Assembly (NCBI GenBank): GCA_965223295.1
Contig: CBDCWC010000003.1
Coordinates: 1,120,001-1,184,000, forward strand
Direction: 5' to 3'
Length of the DNA stretch: 64,000 nucleotides
Source of the DNA: Nitrospirales bacterium
GTDB taxonomy: Bacteria > Nitrospirota > Nitrospiria > Nitrospirales > UBA8639
How positions within the stretch are numbered: the first letter of the stretch is position 1; every line of letters starts with the position of its first letter. Shown here one piece after another: positions 30,937 through 40,716 of this stretch. The position numbers and the translations under genes were made by a program. Below the pieces are notes generated by a model, which did no database searches, was not told where the DNA came from, and saw nothing but the letters and a program-made list of their open reading frames with translations.

Positions 30937-31116
30937 CGTGGCCGTGCAGCCGACTTCGAAAATACGGCGGCGCACTGTTTGAGCGCAGCGAGTTTGCGCC
31001 ACCACCGCAGTCGGTGAACCGCGGAGAGAACCCGAAGGGCCACGACAGGGGCAACGTGGTTTTGGGTCCTTTTGCCGAAACAAAAGGACCTCGTCTCCCG
31101 TGACGAAACCCAGCAA
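30937..31116 (+). repeat. Family-2 structured intergenic repeat, copy B
   Basis: TGAGCGCAGCGAGTT 30980-30994; 31-nt core 31057-31087 identical to 22918-22948. Confidence 0.8.
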
Positions 31117-31197
31117 ATTAGAGAAAAACTCGAATAGTCCTGCTTAACCTCTCACAAGGAAAAGCAAAGCTTGTGATCTACAACTGATTCCATAGCC

Positions 31198-31437
31198 TTA
31201 AACCTGCGTCAATCTTTTTTTGGCTAAGGCTAATCCCTCTTCAAAAATGGCAAGATCCATTTTTCTCAAAACCGCCTTCTCTAGAACCACAGCATCAGGA
31301 AACTCAATTTTGATTTTATGAATTCCATCATCCTGGTTTAATAGTGCTATGAATTTCCCGTTGTAATAAATCTCAGCAACAAGCTCCTCTTAGTTCGGAT
31401 CACTAGATAGAAGTATTTCAATGCCTACGCTTTTCAT
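31198..31437 (-). pseudogene. AT-rich 79-codon ORF with in-frame TAA at codon 16
   Basis: MKSVGIEILLSSDPN*EELVAEIYYNGKFIALLNQDDGIHKIKIEFPDAVVLEKAVLRKMDLAIFEEGLALAKKRLTQV*; TAA at 31390-31392. Confidence 0.65.
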
Positions 31438-31506
31438 TATGGCTATAAAATCCTTTCTTTTATGCCGTTTCCAGAGTCGCCTAAAAGGTATTAGTATGAT
31501 ACGGTC

Positions 31507-32763
31507 TTGAGTTTAGCACCATTTACAAACAATCCTGTGACCAAACACCTTCACATCGATGCATTTTCCGGAGTCAGCGGGGATATGTTTCTTGGCGCCC
31601 TTGTTGATACAGGCTTGCCTCTTGCTTCTCTTAAAAAAGGGTTAAAGGCTCTAGGAATCAAAGGTTATCGACTTCGAGAAGAGCAGGTGATCCGGAGCAG
31701 CATCCGAGCAACCAAGATTGATGTAGATATTCAAAAGGGATTCACCAAACCCTTATCACTAGCCGCGATAAAAAAAACGTTAAAAAATAGCCGCTTGCCA
31801 GATATTATTCGTACACAAGCACTCCAGACGTTTCACTATATTGCTGAAGCCGAGGGGAAGGTACATGGGAAGCTGCCAAGTCGCGTACATTTTCATGAAG
31901 TAGGCGTGATTGATTCGCTGGTCGATATTGTGGGCACCCTGTTGGGAATCGCTCATCTCAACGTGACGACGATTTCCTGTTCTCCCGTTAACTTGGGCGC
32001 GGGCACGGTTTCTACGATGCATGGCCTGCTTCCTGTTCCGGGACCGGCTGTCGCCCAGATGGCTCAAGGTATGACCGTTTTGTCGAATGGGCCAGAGTTA
32101 GAATTCACCACCCCGACTGGGATGGCCTTGATCAAAACGCTCTCTCAAAATTGTAAAACGCTTCCTCCCTTAACGCCACAGAGGATTGGATATGGCGCAG
32201 GCACAGGCGATCCGGAAGGATGGCCAAATGTCCTTCGTCTGTTTCTCGGACAAGCAGAATCTGAAGCCCCTGTCACTTCAGAGAAAATAATACAACTGGA
32301 AACGAACATCGATGATATGAACCCGCAGTTGTACGACCAGATGGTGAACCATCTTTTTGAGGCTGGTGCGTTAGATGTGACACTGACCCCGACCATGATG
32401 AAACGCAATCGGCCCGGCACGATTGTTTCAGTCGTGGCATGGCCTCACAACCTTCAGACCTTGACCAACATTCTGCTGTCCGAAACCACCACATTGGGCA
32501 TTCGTGTTCAAGAACTCTCCCGTGTAGTCATCCCTCGTAGGGTGCAAACCGTTCGCCTGCCTCAGGGATCGGTTCACGTGAAAATTGCGGATCTTGGGAA
32601 TGGGCAAAGGAAAATCACTCCGGAATATCGAGATTGTGTGGCACTAGCTGAACGAACCAATCAGCCTGTTCAAACGATTATCGATCAGGCCCGGCACATA
32701 TTTACGGAGGCAAACACGTCTCAGTCGGCTTCGCGATCAAGAAAATCCATCAGGGAATGTTGA
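31507..32763 (+). CDS. larC: Nickel pincer cofactor nickel-insertion protein LarC
   Basis: SGVSGDMFLGAL, AEAEGKVHG, VHFHEVG..DS..DIVG, PVPGPA, TPTG, ETNIDD, MKRNRPG, TTTLG, PEY.D. Confidence 0.94.
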   Translation: MSLAPFTNNPVTKHLHIDAFSGVSGDMFLGALVDTGLPLASLKKGLKALGIKGYRLREEQVIRSSIRATKIDVDIQKGFTKPLSLAAIKKTLKNSRLPDIIRTQALQTFHYIAEAEGKVHGKLPSRVHFHEVGVIDSLVDIVGTLLGIAHLNVTTISCSPVNLGAGTVSTMHGLLPVPGPAVAQMAQGMTVLSNGPELEFTTPTGMALIKTLSQNCKTLPPLTPQRIGYGAGTGDPEGWPNVLRLFLGQAESEAPVTSEKIIQLETNIDDMNPQLYDQMVNHLFEAGALDVTLTPTMMKRNRPGTIVSVVAWPHNLQTLTNILLSETTTLGIRVQELSRVVIPRRVQTVRLPQGSVHVKIADLGNGQRKITPEYRDCVALAERTNQPVQTIIDQARHIFTEANTSQSASRSRKSIREC

Positions 32764-32943
32764 AAAAAGCCGCCAGCGGCGTTCTCGCCATTGTTCCGTG
32801 CTCACGTCATACCAGGACGCTCCGCGCGCAAAAAGGGCTGCGGCCTTGCTGGACGGACTTTTTTGACCATTTCCATCGCATTGAAGTCACCAGTACTCTG
32901 AAGGCCTTTTCGTAACCTGAAATTGAATTATTCAACGGTCCCC
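32753..32943 (+). mobile_element. Family-1 MITE-like element, apparently full length, with imperfect terminal inverted repeats
   Basis: GGGAATGTTGAAAAA ... TTATTCAACGGTCCC; contains the larC stop codon. Confidence 0.7.
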
Positions 32944-32969
32944 ATCAAGTATTCCTGATAAATATCAAC

Positions 32970-34016
32970 ATGGCTGCCTTACCTCATCGCAAACCCATTC
33001 TGGCCATCACTATGGGTGATCCAGCAGGCATTGGACCTGAGATTATTGTGAAGGCCTTGCAGGTTCCAAAAGTCTGGCGAATCTGCCGACCATTAATCAT
33101 TGGTAATCGCGCAATTCTTGAAAAGACGACTCAATCACTCAAAGCTACTCTTACAACCCTGGTAGTCGACGGACATGAAGAATCTTCAGCAAGGCAGGCG
33201 TTTCGACGTGGACATCTTCCAATCTTCGATCCTTTTCCCAACCCAATTCGATCAATTAAGTTAGGTCGCGTGTCGGCTAAGGCTGGGGGAATAGCTGTCA
33301 CCTGCATTGAATCAGCCGTGCGGTTAGCTCAGGCCGGTTGTGTTGATGGTATTGTGACAGCACCCATCAACAAAGAAGCGATGCACCTTGCAGGCAATGT
33401 GTACCCTGGGCATACCGAAATGTTAGCGGACCTGACTCAGGCGAAAGAATCCGGCATGATGATCGTGGGTGGACCGTTAAAAATCGTCTTTACCACAACC
33501 CACTTGCCTTTACGGGATGTCGCCAAGGCATTAACCATTCCAAGAATTGTGAAAGCCATTCGCTTAACACAGATGGGGTTACAGCAGTTATTTGGAGTCA
33601 AGAAACCTCGGATTGCCGTTGCGGGTTTCAATCCCCACGCAGGAGAACATGGTTTGTTTGGGAACGAAGAGGTCAGACTCATTCTTCCAGCTCTCACACG
33701 AGCTAAAGCCCAAGGCATTGCATGCAGCGGCCCTCACCCTGCGGATACCATGTTTGCGAAAGCATTAACTGGTGCATTTGATGGCATTGTGGCGCTCTAT
33801 CACGATCAAGGCTTAATTCCGTTAAAGACGGTGGCCTTTGGTCACTGTGTCAATATTACCGTCGGCCTCCCAATCCTTCGCACTTCCGTCGATCATGGAA
33901 CAGCATTCGATATCGCAGGAAAAGGGAAGGCTGATCCTACAAGTCTAGTCGACGCCATTGCCATGGCCGCCCAGTTAGCTCAGAAATTTGTCTCTAAGAG
34001 CGGAGGAACAAACTGA
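32970..34016 (+). CDS. pdxA: 4-hydroxythreonine-4-phosphate dehydrogenase
   Basis: TMGDPAGIGPE, TAPINKE, GHTE, NPHAGE, PADT, YHDQG, RTSVDHGTAFDIAG. Confidence 0.96.
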   Translation: MAALPHRKPILAITMGDPAGIGPEIIVKALQVPKVWRICRPLIIGNRAILEKTTQSLKATLTTLVVDGHEESSARQAFRRGHLPIFDPFPNPIRSIKLGRVSAKAGGIAVTCIESAVRLAQAGCVDGIVTAPINKEAMHLAGNVYPGHTEMLADLTQAKESGMMIVGGPLKIVFTTTHLPLRDVAKALTIPRIVKAIRLTQMGLQQLFGVKKPRIAVAGFNPHAGEHGLFGNEEVRLILPALTRAKAQGIACSGPHPADTMFAKALTGAFDGIVALYHDQGLIPLKTVAFGHCVNITVGLPILRTSVDHGTAFDIAGKGKADPTSLVDAIAMAAQLAQKFVSKSGGTN

Positions 34017-34058
34017 ATAGAAAGTTACAGAGTAAGCACCACCTTCTTCACTCTATTT

Positions 34059-34134
34059 GTCATACCCACAGTCGTAAGTGGGTATCCATCTTTCAAAAAC
34101 ATCAAACCTAGGTTCCTGTTTTCACAGGAATGAC
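34059..34134. repeat. GTCAT...ATGAC REP-like doublet
   Basis: GTCATACCCAC...GTGGGTAT and TTCCTG-TTTTCA-CAGGAATGAC hairpins. Confidence 0.6.
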
Positions 34135-34155
34135 GAAAATATACGACCTTAAAGC

Positions 34156-35547
34156 ATGGCCCCTTCTCCTTCCAACGCCAGAAAATTTGCTTGCAACGTG
34201 CTCCTGACCATTTATCGCAATCAAGCTTTTGCAGATGACGTCTTTGATACCACAACAAAAAATATCCCTTTGTCGGAGCCAGATCGTCTCCTAGCGTTTG
34301 AATTGGTTTATGGCGTCTTGCGATATGCGGTCACCCTGGATTGGCGGCTCGACCATCTTTCACGCAAACCCATGGCACGTTTGCCCCTGAATGTCGCCAC
34401 CACCTTACGTATCGCGGCCTATCAATTACTGTATCTGGACCGCATCCCAGACTCAGCAGCGGTGAATGAAGCGGTGAACCTGATTCGAAAACAGCCGGGA
34501 CACGATTGGGGTGGCCTCGTAAATGGCATCCTACGCAACTTGCTCCGGCGACCAGCCCCTCAGCTTCCTGATAACACCACCGATCCCGTTCAAGCCCTCT
34601 CGCTTCAATATGCCTGCCCAAACTGGATGGTCGAACGATGGATGAATGCTTTTGGATTCACCAACGCCGAAATCTTTTGCCGAAAAACACTGGAAATTCC
34701 TCCCTTGACGCTACGAACCAATACCTTACGATGTACCCGTGACGCATTATTGGAGCGCCTTGCCGTCGAAGGCATTTCCGCCCTGGAAACACGAGTGAGC
34801 TCGCTGGGAATTACCATCCAAAAATGTGGCAATCCAGGCCTACTACCAGTCGTCCAAGACGGTTGGTGTTATATCGAAGATGAGGCCGCCCAACTCATTC
34901 CACCGTTGCTGGACCCTCAACCTAGAGAACGAATTCTTGATGCCTGCGCAGCTCCCGGTGGAAAGACTACTCATCTCGCTCAATTGATGAAGAACCAGGG
35001 CGCCATTGTTGCTGTCGATAGACAGAACAAACGGTTAACCCGAGTGCGGGAAAATTGTGATCGATTAGGGATAAATAATGTGCAATCCCATGAATATGAC
35101 CTGACAACTGACATAAAGGAGGTCAATTTTTCTTCATCTCACTCTGACACACTCAATGAACCATTTGATCGCATCTTAGTTGATGCTCCTTGTTCGGGGC
35201 TGGGGATATTGCGGCGACACCCCGAAGGGAAAATGCAGAAGCAGCTTTCGATGATCAACGAGTCCAGCATGCTGCAGCAACAAATTCTCGATCGAGTTGG
35301 CCAGCTCTTGAGACCAGGGGGAATCTTGGTCTATAGTGCCTGCTCAATTGAACCGGAGGAGACCACAGAGGTCATCTCCGCGTTTTGCCAGGAACATCCT
35401 GATTTTCAGCCTGAACCCGTGACACCTTGGATGGCCTCTACCGGGTCTTCGCTCGTAACAGAGCAGGGATATTTGTGTACGGCGTTTCAGTCGTTTAACA
35501 TGGACGGATTCTTTGCATGCCGGTTAAAAAAATCTGATATCTCATGA
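34156..35547 (+). CDS. rsmB: 16S rRNA m5C967 methyltransferase
   Basis: NusB-like N-terminus; LDACAAPGGKTT, ILVDAPCSGLG, VYSACS. Confidence 0.94.
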   Translation: MAPSPSNARKFACNVLLTIYRNQAFADDVFDTTTKNIPLSEPDRLLAFELVYGVLRYAVTLDWRLDHLSRKPMARLPLNVATTLRIAAYQLLYLDRIPDSAAVNEAVNLIRKQPGHDWGGLVNGILRNLLRRPAPQLPDNTTDPVQALSLQYACPNWMVERWMNAFGFTNAEIFCRKTLEIPPLTLRTNTLRCTRDALLERLAVEGISALETRVSSLGITIQKCGNPGLLPVVQDGWCYIEDEAAQLIPPLLDPQPRERILDACAAPGGKTTHLAQLMKNQGAIVAVDRQNKRLTRVRENCDRLGINNVQSHEYDLTTDIKEVNFSSSHSDTLNEPFDRILVDAPCSGLGILRRHPEGKMQKQLSMINESSMLQQQILDRVGQLLRPGGILVYSACSIEPEETTEVISAFCQEHPDFQPEPVTPWMASTGSSLVTEQGYLCTAFQSFNMDGFFACRLKKSDIS

Positions 35548-36215
35548 CAACACCTCTTATTGCCCCGTCCATTCTTTCTGCTGATTTTGCCCGTTTGGCT
35601 GATGCCGTGCAGCAAGTCGAAGCGGCCGGCGCTGATTGGATTCATGTTGATGTGATGGATGGCCACTTTGTGCCCAATCTTACCGTGGGTCCCCCCATGG
35701 TTGAAGCTCTTCGCAAGGTGACCAGTTTGCCCTTAGACGTTCACCTCATGATGACGAATCCCGATGAGTTTATTCCGGAGTTTGCGAAGGCAGGGGCGGA
35801 TGTGTTGACCGTGCACGTGGAAACCTGCCCACATCTCCATCGAACCGTTCAAGCTATTAAAGAATATAAAGTGAAAGCCGGAGTCAGCTTAAACCCTGCG
35901 ACTTCCGCTTCCACGATTGAACAAATTCTTGGCGATGTGGATCTGGTATTGGTGATGTCTGTGAATCCCGGATTTGGTGGACAAAAATTTATTGATTCCA
36001 CCTTGAATAAAATTCGTCAGATTCGCACCATGATTGCGGCCTCAAAGGGTTCACCCTATCTTGAAGTCGATGGAGGAATTACCGTGCAAAATGTGGCATC
36101 CGTCCTGAAAGCTGGGGCGAATATACTCGTAGCCGGTTCCGCTATTTTTGGCAGCGCTAATATGCCGGAAACCATTCGGCAACTGCGCACGGCAGGGCAA
36201 ACGGTGACTGTCTAA
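35544..36215 (+). CDS. rpe: Ribulose-phosphate 3-epimerase
   Basis: IAPSILSADF, HVDVMDGHFVPN, MSVNPGFGGQ, EVDGG, VAGSAIF. Confidence 0.97.
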   Translation: MTTPLIAPSILSADFARLADAVQQVEAAGADWIHVDVMDGHFVPNLTVGPPMVEALRKVTSLPLDVHLMMTNPDEFIPEFAKAGADVLTVHVETCPHLHRTVQAIKEYKVKAGVSLNPATSASTIEQILGDVDLVLVMSVNPGFGGQKFIDSTLNKIRQIRTMIAASKGSPYLEVDGGITVQNVASVLKAGANILVAGSAIFGSANMPETIRQLRTAGQTVTV

Positions 36216-36222
36216 TTTTTCT

Positions 36223-37782
36223 ATGGATTCCCCCAACCAAACCGATAGTCTCCACCCACTGGAAATTCAAGTCCTTCGAGCCCTTGGGGCAGCGGAATCA
36301 AACTCGCTGAAGGATCACGAAATGGTTCAAGCGACAGCACTCGCCTCTTCACAAATCAGCATGGCCGTTGGCTGGCTGCTCACCAAACAATTCGTGCGCT
36401 TGGTCTCTGAAACAACCACCACTCTTGTCGGGTTAACCGAAGTCGGGTCGCAATTTCAACAGGCCGCTTCACCACCGGAGTGGATTCTTCAGACCGTCAA
36501 GGCCGCCTCTCAGAATGGTCAAACGGTTACCGTGAAAGATCTTCAAGCTGCGGGAACATTTCAACCATCAGAACTCAGCCGGGCATTTGGTCTGTTGAAA
36601 AAGGAAGGGGCGATTTCCTTAGGGTCAGGCGGATCGCTACAAGTGACAGGGCAGGAAAGTGTTTCGGTCAGAACTTTACGGTCGTTATTGAATCAAATCC
36701 ATCATAGTTCCCAACCTTTGGATTCATTTTCCAGTGAGCAGCAAGTCTTGCTGAGGCAATACTCGGTCAAACGTGGCAATACCCAGGAACCATTTCGCAT
36801 TGATGACCACACTGAACGAGCGTACACCTTGACTCAAGAAGGACAGGCTCTGTTACCCCACCTGCGGGAAGATGCCGCGCAAGAAATTTCGCAATTGACG
36901 CCCGAGCTTTTAAAAGAGGGATCCTGGCGAAACTATTCGTTTCGCAAATACTCCATCCATCTCCGGCCGCCGCGATTGGCTGTGGGACGACGCCATGCCT
37001 ATCGCGAATTTCTGGATACGGTGAAAACCAAGTTGACGAGTATGGGGTTTCAGGAAATGCGAGGGGAATTGGTCGAAACAGAGTTTTGGGACATGGATGC
37101 CCTCTTTATGCCTCAATTTCATCCCGCGAGGGCCATTCATGATGTGTACTTTGTGAAAGAACCCACCCATGCCAGGCGCATTCCTGAACCTTTTCTCAGT
37201 CAAGTCGCTGATGCTCATAAGAATGGAGGCAACACGGGATCCAAAGGGTGGCAATATTCGTATGATCCTGAACGGGCCAAACGCTTGGTTCTGCGCAGTC
37301 AAGGGACAGCCGTTTCGGCTCGAACGTTGGCGACTAATCCACCCGTTCCCAGCAAATTTTTTTCCATTGCGCGTTGTTTTCGGTATGACCAGGTAGACGC
37401 GACACATGCCACTGATTTTTTCCAAGTTGAAGGGATTGTGTTGGGTTCGGATATTAACTTTCGGACCTTATTAGGCCTGCTGAAACTCTTCGCCACGGAA
37501 ATGGCCCAGGCCAAGGAAGTTCGATTTCTCCCTGCCTATTTCCCCTTTACCGAACCGTCGGTCGAAATGCACGTGCGTCATCCTAAACTTGGGTGGATGG
37601 AGCTTGGTGGCGCAGGCCTGTTTCGTTCAGAGGTGACCATGCCTTTGGGCGTGACCGTGCCAGTGATTGCCTGGGGCTTAGGCTTAGATCGCATGGCGAT
37701 GGTGGCCTTAGGCATTCAAGACATTCGAGATTTGTTTACTTCGGACTTAGAAGCGGTACGCAATATGCGCCAACAATTATAA
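36223..37782 (+). CDS. pheS: Phenylalanine-tRNA ligase alpha subunit, archaeal/eukaryotic long type
   Basis: 519 aa with ~220-aa helical N-terminus; DALFMPQFHPAR..HD, FRYDQVDATH..DF.QVEG, FPFTEPS, WGLGLDR. Confidence 0.93.
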   Translation: MDSPNQTDSLHPLEIQVLRALGAAESNSLKDHEMVQATALASSQISMAVGWLLTKQFVRLVSETTTTLVGLTEVGSQFQQAASPPEWILQTVKAASQNGQTVTVKDLQAAGTFQPSELSRAFGLLKKEGAISLGSGGSLQVTGQESVSVRTLRSLLNQIHHSSQPLDSFSSEQQVLLRQYSVKRGNTQEPFRIDDHTERAYTLTQEGQALLPHLREDAAQEISQLTPELLKEGSWRNYSFRKYSIHLRPPRLAVGRRHAYREFLDTVKTKLTSMGFQEMRGELVETEFWDMDALFMPQFHPARAIHDVYFVKEPTHARRIPEPFLSQVADAHKNGGNTGSKGWQYSYDPERAKRLVLRSQGTAVSARTLATNPPVPSKFFSIARCFRYDQVDATHATDFFQVEGIVLGSDINFRTLLGLLKLFATEMAQAKEVRFLPAYFPFTEPSVEMHVRHPKLGWMELGGAGLFRSEVTMPLGVTVPVIAWGLGLDRMAMVALGIQDIRDLFTSDLEAVRNMRQQL

Positions 37783-37791
37783 GACCTACCC

Positions 37792-39486
37792 ATGCCTACT
37801 ATCTCTATTTTTCAACAAGATTTTACCCAATTGGTCGGACAACCAGCTTCCATGTCGGACATTGAACAATGGCTGCCCTTTGTGAAGGGTGAACTGAAAG
37901 ATGTGTCCCCTGATACGGGCGAGATACGAGTTGAATTACAAGATACCAATCGTCCCGACCTCTGGTGCGTAGAAGGCATAGCCCGGCAAATTCGTTCGGT
38001 TCTTACTGGCGGCCAAACACCCTATCCGTTCTTTTCTACGCGGGGACGAGCGAAACGTCGCATCCAAGTGATGAAAGGCATGGAAACTGTCCGTCCGTAT
38101 GTCGCGGCTTGCGCCTCTTTTGGCTATTCCATGACTGAGGAAGGCCTAGCGCAATGTATTCAAACGCAAGAAAAACTCGCCGATGCGTTTGGCCGCAATC
38201 GGGAAACAGTTTCTATCGGGCTCTATCGCTTGGCATCCATCACATTTCCTGTGACCTATGGTCTGGTCAAACCCGATGAAGTGCGATTCACGCCGTTGGG
38301 ATTTGACGAAAAGATGACGCCTCAGGAAGTCCTGACCGTTCACCCAAAGGGCCAAGAATACGGAAGCATTGTGGCTGAGCACAAGCGACTTCCCCTGCTC
38401 TGGGATACCAATGGGCAAGTCTTGTCTTTTCCTCCCATCATCAATAGTCGAGAATTGGGTGAAGTGCAAATCGGGGATACGGAATTACTCGTGGAAGTGA
38501 CAGGAACAGACTTAGCCATGGTGATCTTGGCATTGAATATTTTTGCCAGCAACTTGGCTGATCGTGGCGCGATCATTGAACCTATCGACATTGTCTATCC
38601 CTATGAAACGACGATGGGCAAAACCGTGAAAACACCATTCGACATGGGCAATGGGCAACGCGTGACCTTACATGCGATTGAACAGGCCTTAGGCATGTCT
38701 CTTGGCATCGAAGCGATCCACACGGCTTTGGCCGCCTATGGGTATCAAGTCAAAGCCACTCGGCAATCCGTTTCTGTCAAACTGCCCGCCTTCAGGAATG
38801 ATCTCATGCATGTCATGGATGTGGCCGAAGATGTGGCGATTACACGCGGCTACGAATCGTTTACTCCCATCATGCCCCAAACATTTACGGTTGGCGCTCT
38901 GTCTGAAGAAGAACGGACAAGTGACCGCCTCCGTGATTTATTAATAGGGTTTGGGTTTCAAGAAATGTTCTCCAATATCTTGGCATCGCGGCAAGAATTT
39001 GTCGATCACATGCGCTTGATCGATACCAAACATGACACACTCGTGGAAGTCGACAATGTGATGTCGCTCACCTATGGTTGCTTGCGGCCTTCTATTCTTC
39101 CTTGTCTTCTCAAAGTGGAGGCATTATCGCCCCGCGTCTTTTATCCGCATTTGCTGTTTGAAGTTGGCGAAGTTGCCAGAGTGGAGAGAAAGGCGGATGT
39201 CGGCTCGCGAACCGTTTTATCTCTAGCCGCAATTGGAGCACATCCAGGTGTGAATTTTTCAGAAATGCATAGCTACTTGGATCTACTGATGTACTATATG
39301 GCCTGGCAATATGAACTCGAACCCGTGTCGCATCCGTCATTCTTAGATGGCCGGGTCGGTCAAATCCGTTGTGAAGGCCAGGAAGTGGGTTATATCGGAG
39401 AGTTTCATCCGGAAGTACTGGAAGCTTGGCAAATCGATATGCCGACTTCCGGGTTTGAGTTTGAGATCATGCCGCTGAGAACTTAG
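37792..39486 (+). CDS. pheT: Phenylalanine-tRNA ligase beta subunit, short archaeal type
   Basis: 564 aa; MPTI start, [37 protein letters not shown]; lacks the bacterial OB and FDX-ACB domains. Confidence 0.92.
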   Translation: MPTISIFQQDFTQLVGQPASMSDIEQWLPFVKGELKDVSPDTGEIRVELQDTNRPDLWCVEGIARQIRSVLTGGQTPYPFFSTRGRAKRRIQVMKGMETVRPYVAACASFGYSMTEEGLAQCIQTQEKLADAFGRNRETVSIGLYRLASITFPVTYGLVKPDEVRFTPLGFDEKMTPQEVLTVHPKGQEYGSIVAEHKRLPLLWDTNGQVLSFPPIINSRELGEVQIGDTELLVEVTGTDLAMVILALNIFASNLADRGAIIEPIDIVYPYETTMGKTVKTPFDMGNGQRVTLHAIEQALGMSLGIEAIHTALAAYGYQVKATRQSVSVKLPAFRNDLMHVMDVAEDVAITRGYESFTPIMPQTFTVGALSEEERTSDRLRDLLIGFGFQEMFSNILASRQEFVDHMRLIDTKHDTLVEVDNVMSLTYGCLRPSILPCLLKVEALSPRVFYPHLLFEVGEVARVERKADVGSRTVLSLAAIGAHPGVNFSEMHSYLDLLMYYMAWQYELEPVSHPSFLDGRVGQIRCEGQEVGYIGEFHPEVLEAWQIDMPTSGFEFEIMPLRT

Positions 39487-39851
39487 GCAGCAGTCGGCTG
39501 TCCTTCACCTTGGGTAAGTGTGACCAGATGAGAAAATCCTTGGGGATCATGAATGGCCATTTCTGAAAGCATTTTTCGGTTGATCAGCACATTGGCCTTT
39601 TTCAATCCGTTGATAAACTGACTATAGGTCACACCCTGCGCCCGAACGGCAGCATTAATTCGGGTTACCCACAGTTGTCGAAAGTTGCGTTTCCGCTGTT
39701 TCCGTCCTACGTAGGCATAGGCTTGACCTTTATCAACTGATTCGGTTGCTGTCCTAAATAATTTGCTTTTTCCGCCAAATTGTCCTTTGGCAAGTTTCAA
39801 CCGTTTCTTACGTCGTTGCCGGGTTTGCGGCCCACCTTTTACCCTTGGCAT
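39483..39851 (-). CDS. rplT: 50S ribosomal protein L20
   Basis: MPRVKGG..., [25 protein letters not shown]. Confidence 0.98.
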   Translation of the reverse strand: MPRVKGGPQTRQRRKKRLKLAKGQFGGKSKLFRTATESVDKGQAYAYVGRKQRKRNFRQLWVTRINAAVRAQGVTYSQFINGLKKANVLINRKMLSEMAIHDPQGFSHLVTLTQGEGQPTAA

Positions 39852-39933
39852 ACCTTCTCTCCTTTATTTCTCACAAAAGTTTTTACGATTTCGCTACTGC
39901 AACGTAGGCGTTTGTAAAACCCACCTCATGTTC

Positions 39934-40137
39934 TTATTTATAAGGAAGCAACCGAGACAGCGAATACTCATCGACTTTGCACACCACAGCTGGCTGGCCC
40001 AAACGTGCCTTCACCCGTGGAGCTTTGCTTGTCAAAATATGACGAATTTTGGCCTTACGGCGTATCCATTTGCCTGAACCCGAGCGTTTGAACCGTTTAC
40101 TGGCTCCAGAATGATTTTTTAACTTAAATCCTGCCAT
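39934..40137 (-). CDS. rpmI: 50S ribosomal protein L35
   Basis: KLKNHSGASKRFKRSGSGK, RHILTSK, LLPY; lies between infC and rplT. Confidence 0.95.
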   Translation of the reverse strand: MAGFKLKNHSGASKRFKRSGSGKWIRRKAKIRHILTSKAPRVKARLGQPAVVCKVDEYSLSRLLPYK

Positions 40138-40197
40138 AATCGTGTTCCTTTGTGGCTAAAAACGTGGTGGCCTGATTTCCCATGGCTTCCGTCGTGA

Positions 40198-40716
40198 TTA
40201 TTTGGGAGAGACCACCATATATAGGTTTCGGCCTTCCATCCTTGGCGGACTTTCAATATTCCCCGCGCCTTTTAATTCCTCAATCACCTTCTGGATCGCT
40301 TGGAAGCCAAGTTCTCGATTCGCCATTTCCCGCCCCCGGAACATAACCGTAACTTTGGTCTTATTCCCATCTTCAAGGAAATCACGGATTTGACGGACTT
40401 TCGTTTCCATGTCGTGCTTGTCCGTCCGTGGGCGGAATTTAACTTCTTTAACCTGAGTCGACTTTTGGTTGAGTCGCATCCGATGTTCTTTTTTACTCTG
40501 TTCATACTTAAATTTCCCATGATCCATAATCCGGCAAACGGGAGGCTCAGCGGTGGGGGCAACTTCCACCAAATCATAACCTGCTTCTCTCGCTTGCCGG
40601 AGAGCTTCAGATGTTTTGAGAATCCCAAGTTGTTCGCCTTCGGCCCCAATGACCCGAACTTCAGGCACTTTTATGAGATGATTAATCCGTTGTTTGGGAG
40701 TCGACAATCGCGTCAT
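40198..40716 (-). CDS. infC: Translation initiation factor IF-3
   Basis: RIN..I...EVRVI, DLVEVAP, PPVCRIMD, KEVKFRP, FRGRE. Confidence 0.97.
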   Translation of the reverse strand: MTRLSTPKQRINHLIKVPEVRVIGAEGEQLGILKTSEALRQAREAGYDLVEVAPTAEPPVCRIMDHGKFKYEQSKKEHRMRLNQKSTQVKEVKFRPRTDKHDMETKVRQIRDFLEDGNKTKVTVMFRGREMANRELGFQAIQKVIEELKGAGNIESPPRMEGRNLYMVVSPK

